The notes: generated from the letters alone by a model not told the origin. A stretch of DNA of 43,851 bases from Cyanophora paradoxa CCMP329 (GCA_004431415.1 QPMI01000583.1:1-43851), one strand, 5' to 3'. Shown: positions 22,161 to 32,248, numbered from the stretch's first letter. Numbers and translations: made by a program.

Positions 22161-22950
22161 AGTTGATTCAAAAAATGCATTTATACTCTGATTCATTGTT
22201 ATTTCCTGTGAAATTTGAGTCAACTCAACCCACTTAGTCAACCCTCCCATTGAATTCGTAACAAAATCCATATACTTTTACTACTTTTACGATTAATATG
22301 AGTCAACCTTGAGTCCACTTAAATAATAGGGTAATAGGGGGAATCTAGGGCAGATGCTTACTAAATGCAGTGTTAGATTGATGGGATCATAGATGGGATC
22401 ACAGTTATCGAAGCAATATAATATAGTTGAATATTCGATATCATAAGTTGATCGAAACGATAAGTATATGGTTATAAATCGCGATTTTTGAGTTATAATC
22501 GAATTTAATCGAATTAATTTTGAATTTCAAAACTCGCTTTAATCGTAATAGCGATCTATACACATTGAGATTCGTATATGTGATTGCAAGTTATTGTTAT
22601 GTATGATATATGGGATTATATTCGACCGTCAGTGCATCGATTTGATAACTTCCTAGTGATCTATATTAAAAACTCACGTTTAATGGATTTTAATCGAATT
22701 TAAAATCGAAATTCAAAATCGGTTTCATCGCGATTTGGAGTTACAGTTAGTGAAATTCCGATATGGCTCATAAGCGCTGTGACCGCCTTGAAATGCTCGA
22801 TTTTATGACGTTTTAAGCGCATCGATTTGATAAGTTGGTGTTGAGATATCGTAGCAAACGTTAATATTGATTTTCTAGACGGGTACAGCATTAATCTAGA
22901 AAAAACCGCGTTTTTTTTTTATTTTTCAAGTTTCACGGCGAACGAAGTAA

Positions 22951-23025
22951 AGGTTCCCGAGCGGATTTGAACCGCGTAGTTTTGAGTCAGAAATCAAGCG
23001 CTCTATTCTCTGAGCCAAAAACGGC
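22951..23025 (-). pseudogene. Degenerate tRNA-like sequence
   Basis: Minus strand has a D-stem GCTC/GAGC, TTGA/TCAA around an 8-nt loop containing CTG, a perfect T-arm GCGG-TTCAAAT-CCGC and a 3' GGAACCT as in tRNA-Gln. The acceptor stem does not pair. Confidence 0.45.
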
Positions 23026-23250
23026 TTACCACCAAGTCGACTCCTGAGCTAGTGTCTCACCAAGTCTACTATGGCAAGTGACTTTTTCATCTTCAAACTG
23101 TTATATCTCATCACCAGATCATCAAAACGCAACGTTCTGCATATCGCTGTGAAGCGCTTGAGAAGATCTACAAGACTATGTGTATATCATGTGCATATAT
23201 GTATATCAGTCATACATATATTTGGAAAAAACGAGTTTTTGCCTAGCAAA

Positions 23251-24636
23251 CTAGCTAGTTTTGGTCCTTTCTCTTAGTGTTCTCTGAGGTTTAGGGGCTG
23301 TATATGACTCCTTAGTAGTCTGAAAGTCATTATACCATCTCTGGCTATTAACCTCAGAAAGTTTCTGTGTCCCTGCTATAGTGAGCTTTTTGAGTTCCCT
23401 GTTAACTTTCCCAGCCTTCTCCTTTCTAGCCTCTATCAAAGGCTTATCTGGGACTTCATTAGCAGCTTCTATGCCTTCTCTCCTTATAGCAGCATCAGCC
23501 CTGGCTTCCTCTTTAGCTTGCTCTAAGGCATCTACTGTAGGGGTTTCCAGATACTCAACTGCATTCACAGGCAACAGCTCATGGAAAGCAAACCTGTTAT
23601 CTATGATCTCTCCAGTGGGACTCTTTAGCTTAAACTTAAAGCCTTCTCTACTATCAACAGTGTAAACCATCCTAGACCAATTGTTACCCTGTTTAGCAAA
23701 GGGATTCTTCTCCACTTTCACTCTAACAAACATGCCAGGCTGCATGGTATCAAGATAAGCTATTGATTTCTTGAATCTTTCATCTTCTAATCCCACTATA
23801 TACCTATAATGCTCCTCTGTAGTTTCAACTGGCTTCATCTTAGTAGCTGAGTGAACTGTATTATTGTAATTATACTCAATATCACCTAACACATCAAAGA
23901 ATCTAGCTGTATTATTGGCTATGCAGTAGTTTGTGATCAGTCTCTTAATCTGCTTGTTAAAGGCTTCAATTCGACCTTGGCTTCTGTGGTCTGCAGTTCC
24001 ACTCACTTGGTGTTCTATGAATTTACTAGATAGATACTCCTGGAATATTCGATTTTGGAATTCACTCCCAGCATCTGATTGAACCTTTACTATGGGTCTT
24101 GCTACTCTCATCTCAAGCTGTTTAAATGCAGCCAATGTAGTGAGAGCTGATTTATCTCTGATAGGTATGATATACCCAGTTCTCAGTGTGGATTCCATTG
24201 CAGTCATAAAAGTATCATAACAATTGTTTTGTTTCTTGTAAGCTGGGAAAAAGAGCAAATCAATCACATAGGTATCAAGGGGTTGCCTTATTGGGACCAT
24301 GGGATCTCTCTTTCTAGATATAGCAGGTGCATTGATCTGAACAACTTCCTGTTTTTTATAGAACTCTTGCAACTGCTTATAGGATTCATCTGGTAACTCA
24401 GCCCTCATAGCTTGAAGCCCTTTGTAACCAGTTCTCACATCATAGAATCTCTTAGCAATCTTGCTGGTTTCTTTCACTGCAATAGCAACTGGGATCTCTA
24501 CTGGGACAAGCTCTTTCATCTCAGACTTTTTGACAATTCGAGATTCCCCTTTTTCCTCCTTTGGAACTGTGATAGGCAGTAGGTTACCTTGTAGTTGCTC
24601 AGTGGTTCTCCTAACTATTCTTCCAGTTGCTGGCAT
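23251..24636 (-). CDS. Retroviral-like (rve, DDE) integrase, Polinton type
   Basis: Catalytic triad VIDL / QSDAGSEF / GRIEAFNKQIK, YNNTVHSATKMKP, SH3-like C-terminal domain; intact 461 aa. Confidence 0.95.
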   Translation of the reverse strand: MPATGRIVRRTTEQLQGNLLPITVPKEEKGESRIVKKSEMKELVPVEIPVAIAVKETSKIAKRFYDVRTGYKGLQAMRAELPDESYKQLQEFYKKQEVVQINAPAISRKRDPMVPIRQPLDTYVIDLLFFPAYKKQNNCYDTFMTAMESTLRTGYIIPIRDKSALTTLAAFKQLEMRVARPIVKVQSDAGSEFQNRIFQEYLSSKFIEHQVSGTADHRSQGRIEAFNKQIKRLITNYCIANNTARFFDVLGDIEYNYNNTVHSATKMKPVETTEEHYRYIVGLEDERFKKSIAYLDTMQPGMFVRVKVEKNPFAKQGNNWSRMVYTVDSREGFKFKLKSPTGEIIDNRFAFHELLPVNAVEYLETPTVDALEQAKEEARADAAIRREGIEAANEVPDKPLIEARKEKAGKVNRELKKLTIAGTQKLSEVNSQRWYNDFQTTKESYTAPKPQRTLRERTKTS

Positions 24637-24639
24637 CTC

Positions 24640-27600
24640 TTAATTAAAAGGAACAGAATTAATACCATCTGATAAGATGTATCTCTTTGCATCAAAGCAA
24701 TTCAGGGCAACCCTTCTACTCACAGTATCTATTATTGTGTGATCTGCCCTTCTCTTCTGCTTTGCAGTCACAGTCTTGCTGATACCTGCAAATAAACACT
24801 CCTTAAAATCATTGAATTGGAGTTCCTCAGTGGAAGTCCCAGAGAGCTTACTTCTCTCAATCTCAGCAGTTCTGAAACTGTAAACTTTGGCTCTCAGACC
24901 TACATACTCCAGGATTGCAGAACCTGGCATCTCATTTTTGTATTTACCTGGGGTCATTCTGGAATCACCTCCAAGGTCTAATGCATAGGATATATTCTCT
25001 ATATCTGTTTCAAGGGTCTTAGATTCGATATATAGACAAAAGGAATCAGTATCATGGAATAGTAACTTGGCTTTGGACCATTGGGACCTCACAGTATCAT
25101 AGAAGAACTTGTAGTTATGCAGTTTGGCAGCATCCAAAACATAAGCCCCAATTGCAACTGGCTTATCTAGCTTCACATGTTTTGTGTAAAACTCAAAGGC
25201 AACTGCTCTTTCACTTATGGGACTTGTTGATTTCACTAAAGGAGAGGCAGCATATTTCATAAATAGCTTCTCAGTGTTGGCAATCTTAACTACAGATCTA
25301 CCTCTACATGATTCAATGCATTTCCCATAGATTGAATTATTCATGAGCTTATAGAAATCAGCCTCGAATTTATTCACTGCTTTCCTTCTCATATCAGTGT
25401 TCAGCTCAATGTAGGGTTTCATTACAGGAGCCACAGTAAATGATAGGACCCTGTGAACCTTTTTAAGTTTCACACCTTTGGTCAGAATATACTGTAGAAG
25501 AGGCTCAGAAATCACATAGTTGGTCACAGAACCAAAGGTTGCAGTTAGCTTAGGGGTCTTATCAAGCTCTTCTCCTGAGAGATCCAATAGACTTTTTTGA
25601 TATTGTGATAATTCTGCATATTCTACTATTTTCTTGTTAATAATTAGGGGGAAATCACTGTGATCTAGAAACAGCCTAATTGGGTAATCAAGATCAACTT
25701 CTAGGAAACTGGATCTGTTATCTTGTGGGTTGAATTCGGTCTCCCATCTAAAATCACCAACTGGAATTGGCTGACTCAAACAGTAGCCATACAAGTTGTT
25801 AGCATCAAACAGCATAATATGGGAGTTCTCACCATCAGCCTCAGCATACCTACAGGGCATTGTTGCAAAGCCACCCCTGATTCCCCTCTCAACAAATTCG
25901 TATTGCTCTACATCACTTATTAGCTCTATTTTTGCCTTGGTGGTCCTTAACATAGCATCCCAAGATAACCCAGGGGCAGATACATAATGAACTGGGTCAA
26001 GTCCATATACTGAGTGTGAAAGCATTCTAAAAGCCTGGAATTTGTTCATTAACTCATCTACATCAGCAGCTCCAAAATCCATGAAGTTACTTGCATCAAT
26101 GAACTTGTAAAGACCCCATTGCAATGAAAGGTATTGATCAAAGTTTTTCGAAAGGATTTCGATTCGCTTTTTATCACCCATGCCTGCTATTTTTCTGAAA
26201 ATGAATGTCCCACAGTCATCCATTTGGTCAACAACAACTGCAACTTTGGTTTGCTTTGAGATTCTCCTATGGAGATTGCAGTTTCTGCATGCAGGAGCAA
26301 TATAATGACCTGTGTGGTGATCATGATCCCTGCATTTGAAGTTCTCTTTGGTGAACCTCTCACTGCAAAGGTAACAGTGTTTAGTAGCCTTGTAAATTGC
26401 TTTCTGCTCATCTGTGAGTTCATTCATGGGAATATTGGTAAACAGGAAGTCAATTAGCTCTCTTGCTTTGGATTCCAAGCATTCAAACAGACCTCCCATT
26501 GGATCCTGCCCCTCAAATCGAAACTCCTGAACATCTGCCCCAGTGACTATTCTTATGTTGACTGCTGAGACTTCTCTCTTGGATTTTGATGCATCAATGG
26601 GGATGCTTCTATGTTCAATCTTGCAGTATACCACAACAGGAAGCCACACAGTTTTCCTGAGGTTTTTCAGTCCAAACTCTATGGTGGTCTCAGGTTTAGG
26701 TGTGATTCCCTTTGAGAGTCTCCAATCAATGCATCTGTTTGAGTCCACATGAGCAGTGAGTTTAGCCTCAGACCTGAATCGAGATAAACATGTATCACAG
26801 TAGTGTAACTTTTGATCCTTGGTTTTATCAAGGGCAACTCTGAGAAGTCTTGAAAGGGACATGATTGTAATATAGTGACCATTCCCTTCATCATCATGAA
26901 TGAGCATGAGATTAACCTTTTGCTTTCTACCTGGGTTACTGGATTGATGTAGGGGATATATAACATCTCGATCCATTCCAAATATGTTTATGCTGATGCC
27001 TGCATTTTGAGATTCGAATTTATCAATGATTTCAGCATCACAGGGAACAGGGAATGGGATGTTATCGAAATTGAGTGCCAAAGGATTGTATGTGGTTGGT
27101 GAGTATTTCCATTTGCGATATTGTGTAAGCTCACTTCTCTTGTGGGAATTCACATCTTTCCTATGGATCCATGCCAAAATGGCATTTTCAAAGCAAGAAT
27201 CATCAATATTTCGAATATTCACTGTGGCTCTCTTGGTTGCAATTGATTCAGGTGTTTTAACATAGCAGCCACCAGTTGGAGCATAACTCATAATAGCCAC
27301 TCTGAGCATTTCGATTCTCTCAAGTCGATAGCTATCAACAACATTCATCTGTTCCTGACACATTTGGGCTGCTTTATTCAGCTCAGTTCGAATATTTCTC
27401 GATTTGGTTAATACAAAATAATCACTGTAAATGTATTTCGATATCCAAACCTGTGGATTGCTGACTTTAACGAACTTGCAGATAAAAGATAAGCGAACTT
27501 TGATTGCCCTGAATTGATCTAGACTGTCTCTTAAACGTTTTGGAAGAGAGGTTGCAATTCTATCTAAATATTCAATCACATCTACAACAACTTCCCTTCT

Positions 27601-27885
27601 GGCTCTGTATGTGAGCCAGCGATATAATTCATTCATAGCTGTTCCATCTTCCGCCTCTGGTTCTATTTGCCTCAGGCGATCCAGTTCATCAAGAGTTTCA
27701 ACTTTATCATAGAGGTTATTGGCTTTTCTGGTTAATTTTGCTAAAGTGGGTCTGCCCCTTGAAATAAATCCGATTTCCCGGTCATATTCAGCCTCTGTGA
27801 TTTCATGGGCTGCATACAGTGTTCCCAGTAATCCCATGAGTTCCCATTTCTTCTCTCTAATGAGTCTGTTGCTAATTCGGGGCAT
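24640..27885 (-). CDS. Protein-primed family B DNA polymerase (Maverick type) with N-terminal TP/vOTU-like region and EndoVII-like insert
   Basis: DANNLYG, KLMNNSIYGK, HDTDS and GLRAKVY polymerase motifs; CYLC...RDHDHHTG...ACRNCN insert; DDSCF...GHY putative Cys/His dyad; intact 1081 aa. Confidence 0.95.
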   Translation of the reverse strand: MPRISNRLIREKKWELMGLLGTLYAAHEITEAEYDREIGFISRGRPTLAKLTRKANNLYDKVETLDELDRLRQIEPEAEDGTAMNELYRWLTYRARREVVVDVIEYLDRIATSLPKRLRDSLDQFRAIKVRLSFICKFVKVSNPQVWISKYIYSDYFVLTKSRNIRTELNKAAQMCQEQMNVVDSYRLERIEMLRVAIMSYAPTGGCYVKTPESIATKRATVNIRNIDDSCFENAILAWIHRKDVNSHKRSELTQYRKWKYSPTTYNPLALNFDNIPFPVPCDAEIIDKFESQNAGISINIFGMDRDVIYPLHQSSNPGRKQKVNLMLIHDDEGNGHYITIMSLSRLLRVALDKTKDQKLHYCDTCLSRFRSEAKLTAHVDSNRCIDWRLSKGITPKPETTIEFGLKNLRKTVWLPVVVYCKIEHRSIPIDASKSKREVSAVNIRIVTGADVQEFRFEGQDPMGGLFECLESKARELIDFLFTNIPMNELTDEQKAIYKATKHCYLCSERFTKENFKCRDHDHHTGHYIAPACRNCNLHRRISKQTKVAVVVDQMDDCGTFIFRKIAGMGDKKRIEILSKNFDQYLSLQWGLYKFIDASNFMDFGAADVDELMNKFQAFRMLSHSVYGLDPVHYVSAPGLSWDAMLRTTKAKIELISDVEQYEFVERGIRGGFATMPCRYAEADGENSHIMLFDANNLYGYCLSQPIPVGDFRWETEFNPQDNRSSFLEVDLDYPIRLFLDHSDFPLIINKKIVEYAELSQYQKSLLDLSGEELDKTPKLTATFGSVTNYVISEPLLQYILTKGVKLKKVHRVLSFTVAPVMKPYIELNTDMRRKAVNKFEADFYKLMNNSIYGKCIESCRGRSVVKIANTEKLFMKYAASPLVKSTSPISERAVAFEFYTKHVKLDKPVAIGAYVLDAAKLHNYKFFYDTVRSQWSKAKLLFHDTDSFCLYIESKTLETDIENISYALDLGGDSRMTPGKYKNEMPGSAILEYVGLRAKVYSFRTAEIERSKLSGTSTEELQFNDFKECLFAGISKTVTAKQKRRADHTIIDTVSRRVALNCFDAKRYILSDGINSVPFN

Positions 27886-27907
27886 AGTTCCTAACTTGTT
27901 CCTACTC

Positions 27908-28237
27908 TCAACAAATATTGTATTCTGAGATGTTCTGAACGCGATTTTCTAGTTTCTTTCGCAATTTGGCTTTGTAATGCATTGGATTATGTGATCCATT
28001 TTTTGTCCATACATTTGGGTTTTTGTGATACTGTTTAAGGGCGTTAATTAAGTTTTTCTCTGTTTGTAATCGCAAACAATCAATATCTTTGGAGGAAAGC
28101 TGTGACATTTGATACCCATCACATTTGCTTTGGCATTTGATGATTTTGTCTATAAGAGCTGGTATATCCTTCAAATCATCTTTATCGAAATGTTTGTTCT
28201 CAATCATTGAACTCATTCTGGTAGTCCAGCTTGTCAT
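27908..28237 (-). CDS. Hypothetical protein
   Basis: 109-aa ATG ORF filling the gap upstream of pPolB, co-oriented with it. Confidence 0.5.
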   Translation of the reverse strand: MTSWTTRMSSMIENKHFDKDDLKDIPALIDKIIKCQSKCDGYQMSQLSSKDIDCLRLQTEKNLINALKQYHKNPNVWTKNGSHNPMHYKAKLRKKLENRVQNISEYNIC

Positions 28238-28292
28238 TGTTGGTACTACTACTTATTATTATAAGAATATTATAATGTATTTGTTTTAAATC

Positions 28293-28434
28293 GTCAGGCA
28301 GACTTCGATTGTCAGGCAGCTGATTCAGCCAACATTAAGAAACTCTGTCACTTTTTCAAGTCAGTGTTTGAGAAAACTAATGAAACCATAAACTTATAAA
28401 AGTTAAATAGAAAGGTGCCTGACAGTGCCTGACA
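28293..28434. repeat. Iteron-like cassette E (2x (T)GTCAGGCA ... 2x TGCCTGACA), immediately 3' of the helicase stop
   Basis: Motifs at 28293, 28310, 28416, 28426 with an AT-rich spacer. Confidence 0.85.
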
Positions 28435-28439
28435 GCTTT

Positions 28440-30832
28440 TTAACAATCATCATCATCCTCATCAATAAACTCTGTTGTATTTTCCGAAATCAGTTTTACA
28501 CACTTGTAACCTCTATCATATACTTTTGAAGTTGCCTTTCTCACTGCATATTTGTCATATTTGGCTCCCAACATCTCCATTACTCTCTTAACCCTGCTTG
28601 CAGACATATTGAGTTTCAAAGCTTTTAACTCCTCATCTACAGTTTTGCTTGACAGAGAATCAGAAGGATTTCCTGTAAATTCAAATCTGCTTTTTAGTAT
28701 TTGAATTTCATCACCTGCATCCTCTCTGAAAGCAGCAGTATCATTTGCCACCTTGCCACATATCTGGACTTTGTGGGATTTGTATGCTTGGAATACTGAC
28801 CATTGGAAAGCATGAATGATTTCAGGGCGTTTAAGCAGATCACTTTTAATATCTTCAGAAGCCAATCTATAGCATGGGAGCTTCATTTCATCCATTGTTT
28901 TCTGATCCACAAACTTGTGGGATGCTGAAAGAAAACAAGAGTCTCAAGTGTATCAGATGGAGAAACAGGGGGCATATCATTCATGATCATCCAGAGCCTA
29001 CTTTGGAGTCTTATATTTTGCTCATTTCCATATAGGATTCGAATGCATTGAATATCACCACCAGATTCTTTCTTTTTAATCATATTGCCATTTATCTTGA
29101 TACTTGGATTCGAAACATCAAACTTCATCTCTTGGGTAAATGTTAAACGGCGAAATTCACATGGTTTCATCCATTTTAGCTTTTTAGCCTCATCAGAATC
29201 TGAATGTTTGTCCATCAGGAAAGATTCTCCTCCAATAGTGTTTACATAACCACTCCCCCAAGTGTTCTCATTAAGATTGACATAAACTCCTTTTCCACAA
29301 TTGCGCTCACCTGATGATAGTCCCCATTGTTTATCCTCTACTTTGCCTGCCATTGCTCTTGCTGTAAATTCGAGAGCAGTATTAATTGCATCTGCTCCAA
29401 ACACAGGTTCAAGTATGTTTTCGTAGAGGATTTTTATATGCTCTTCTGACGGCTTGACTACATATCCTCGATCATCTACAAGTAAATCTCTTTCAATTCT
29501 AGTAGTGGAATAGACGTTTTGACACTCTGCCCAAGGAGTAAGCTTTTTGGTTTCGAAATCATACACACCATTTTTATAACACAATTTTCCAAGAGATGAA
29601 GACCAAAGGACATTATTCACAAACTCACTATCATTTGGCAGAAGAGCTTTTGTAGCTTTGATTACTTTTTGAGCGCCTGTTATATTTGCGGTATACTCTG
29701 TTAGACCTGTCAGACCCTCATGATAGATCTTTGCTTGAAGGCACTTCTTTAAAAGCATATTTTCCACTTGATTGGTTTCCTCAGTCCAAAGATTCTCATC
29801 TGTTTTGACAAATATACGACCATTGGATTGCTTGACATCATTTTTGATATCTTCAGCAAACAGAGTAGCAGCCTCATAGTCTGTAGAGCAAATTCGAAAA
29901 TCGTTTGCTTTCAGAGAAGCTTCATCTGGAAGCTCGAAACCCTGATCCATAGGCTTAACAACTAAGCCTAATTTGTATCCTGTGGACTGCTGGATATAGT
30001 TCTCTGCATCTTTGAGAATATCAGTAAGTTTTTCCAGTGATAGATTAGGTGACTTTTCAATCATGCAGCCATCAAATACAAGAACACCAACAGTGAGTTT
30101 GATGGAGGTTAAATACTCACACAGAGCCATAAGAGCAATATTCTCGATCTGACAAAGAACCATGTTAACAGTGGAACCTAACACATTGTAGCCCTTCTTT
30201 CGCTTGCAAATAGCAAGGAAGTTGGTATTTTCTTTTAATTCAGCAATAGAAGCATGAATACCACCAATTTCTTGTTTAACCTTTTTAAAAGCCATTTCTT
30301 TGTGTAAATCGGGACACTCAATGCCTCCTCCTCCGTTAATCACAGATAAGAAGGCGCACTTAATTTCTTCACGAGTAAGATCACACTTTTTGCTTAAATC
30401 ACTAACGATTTTATCTCGATTGGCAACAAACTCAGCAAGGAAATCACAGTTTATGTCATTTTTTTGGCAATACTGGACGAGTATCGATGGATGAGCATTT
30501 TTCATATCAATATCATAATACAAATCCCTTGCTAAGGTGTGTCTAAATTCCCGAGGCATACTCTGCATGCTTGCTTTTTTGTTTTTGATGTGTGAGAGAG
30601 TAGTGAAATATCTCCCAGTATGGTGTTTGCATTGATAGTATTTAACTTGAATGGTTCCATTTGAATGCAAGTCTTTCATGTATTTCTTCAGGAGAGTCAA
30701 AGTAGCAGTAGAATCCACATCAGGTCTATAACTCAAACCCTCGAAATTATCGATTAAATACTTAAGAGTAGGGCGAGATACTTTTTCAACAAGAGTGATA
30801 TCGAGATTGTTGGGTTTCTTTGAGCTAAACAT
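28440..30832 (-). CDS. TVpol (PolA-like primase-polymerase) fused to D5-like SF3 helicase; frameshift near 28910
   Basis: GRYF...MQSMPREFR...YDIDMKNAHP (motif A) and LVFDG (motif C); helicase Walker A GERNCGKG, FTQE, IMNDMP; C-terminal wHTH-like segment in ORF 28440-28910. Confidence 0.85.
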
Positions 30833-30857
30833 CTTTCTTGAACGTTTCTATATTAAG

Positions 30858-30896
30858 CAGATAAAATATTTTATCTGAAAATCCTTGTCATTTTTT
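30858..30896 (-). promoter_or_regulatory. AAAAAATGACAA motif plus perfect 20-bp palindrome CAGATAAAATATTTTATCTG upstream of the helicase
   Basis: Palindrome at 30858-30877; motif at 30896-30885; the same motif recurs at 31328-31317. Confidence 0.5.
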
Positions 30897-31006
30897 GTTG
30901 CCAAACCTTTAAGTCCTTTTGGGTTGGCTTCCAGTTATATCGATAATTGGTAGTAGTGTATCAGTTTTTTTATGAATTCCCCACACAAAAATAATGAACC
31001 GGCATT

Positions 31007-31237
31007 TCAGTATTTCCGAGGACGACCTACAGGTCGACCTTCTGGGAAATTTGGGTCAAATGTGAGTTGCTTTTTATAGTAGTAATAGGCTAATGCCCTT
31101 TTGCGGCGAATTTCACGATATTCCTCATCCTCTTCATATCTTTTATTATAATAAATTTGGTTTGAGATCTTTTTCTTCATTGCAGAAGAGATCTTTTCAA
31201 AACTTTTGCTCTCAGTTACAGTTTGATCAGTATCCAT
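31007..31237 (-). CDS. Small basic protein with AT-hook-like motif
   Basis: KRYEEDEEYRE...ALAYYY...GRPVGRPRKY; paralog of 32003-32248. Confidence 0.65.
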   Translation of the reverse strand: MDTDQTVTESKSFEKISSAMKKKISNQIYYNKRYEEDEEYREIRRKRALAYYYYKKQLTFDPNFPEGRPVGRPRKY

Positions 31238-31368
31238 TTGGGTATCTCTTAACTATAACCGAGAAAAATGTTTTGTCAGATTTCAATATGCTTGATTTCC
31301 TTAAGTAGTTTATGCGTTGTCATTTTTTGGTAACAGAGATAATTCCTATACTGTTACCATAAATGGTT

Positions 31369-31552
31369 TGTCAGGCACTTTAAAATAGTTGTCAGGCACT
31401 AATATAGTATGTCAGGCATTGTCAGGCACCTTTTTAGAAAACTTTTCTATAATGAAAATTTCATTGTTGATCCAAACAATGACATTGAAGATTTTCAATA
31501 GTGTTTTAAAATCAATGTGTTTCCTGCCTGACAAACGTTTTACTGCCTGACA
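31369..31552. repeat. Iteron-like cassette F (4x TGTCAGGCA ... 2x TGCCTGACA)
   Basis: Motifs at 31369, 31390, 31410, 31420, 31525, 31544; 31354-31483 is an inverted near-copy of 21990-22119. Confidence 0.88.
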
Positions 31553-31625
31553 ACCTTTCATCAACAAAAAATGATTGTGTAAACTGACTTAAAGATTTAT
31601 CAGATATATTAATAAGAAAACAACA

Positions 31626-31925
31626 ATGGCTGCTCAAATCGCCAAAGGAATTCTTGCCGAAAAGATTGAGAAAGATACCCTCTGGAAAGATCATAAAGGA
31701 TTAGTTGATGCTATTGTAGAGAGTGGTCTCCACTCAACAGGAATAAACATTAATCAGGCTGATAATAAGCGAAACAAAGAATTTCGACAGAAAGTAGAAA
31801 GAGATGTATTGGGCATGATAATTGACCCAAACTACCTTTCCACAATTAACAAAAAAAATCATTCAAACACTGCCACAAGAAAACGACTCTTTAAGAAATT
31901 AATGAGTCGTTCTACTTCCTCTTAA
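31626..31925 (+). CDS. Hypothetical protein
   Basis: 99-aa ORF with A-rich start context (AACAACAATG) and an upstream CAACAAAAAATGA motif. Confidence 0.55.
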   Translation: MAAQIAKGILAEKIEKDTLWKDHKGLVDAIVESGLHSTGININQADNKRNKEFRQKVERDVLGMIIDPNYLSTINKKNHSNTATRKRLFKKLMSRSTSS

Positions 31926-32002
31926 AAAAAAGAGCCAATTCCTTTGTATATATTTTTATAGCTGCCTCAGTAGCATACTGAGACCGCTTTTTCTCAATTT
32001 TC

Positions 32003-32248
32003 TTATAGACCTGGGGGTCCATTGCTACTTTCAGTTGGCAAATAATATTTAATCGGTCTTCCTCTGGGTCTCTGCTCCTCTTTTTGGGCTTTTCTGCGAT
32101 AATAGGATGCCAGGGCTTGCTGCTTCTTATACTCTCTATATTCTGGGTCCTCTCTATATCGTTTCTGCATTGCGAGTATGTGTCTAATAGAACCCTCAGT
32201 AACAGGTTCATCACTGGTAAACTCGATTAAACTAATAGTATCCTCCAT
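32003..32248 (-). CDS. Small basic protein with AT-hook motif
   Basis: KRYREDPEYRE...ALASYY...RPRGRPIKY. Confidence 0.65.
   Translation of the reverse strand: MEDTISLIEFTSDEPVTEGSIRHILAMQKRYREDPEYREYKKQQALASYYRRKAQKEEQRPRGRPIKYYLPTESSNGPPGL

Larger units (their letters stand above)
21231..22345. repeat. Left terminal inverted repeat of copy 2 (core 21231-21750; nested 28-bp inverted repeat at 21231-21258 / 21487-21514)
   Basis: Reverse-complement match to 14410-15478. Confidence 0.9.

Noticed and set aside
22951-23025. Functional tRNA or att site
   Set aside because: Unpaired acceptor stem and 8-nt anticodon loop; the integrase is DDE-type, not a tyrosine recombinase.
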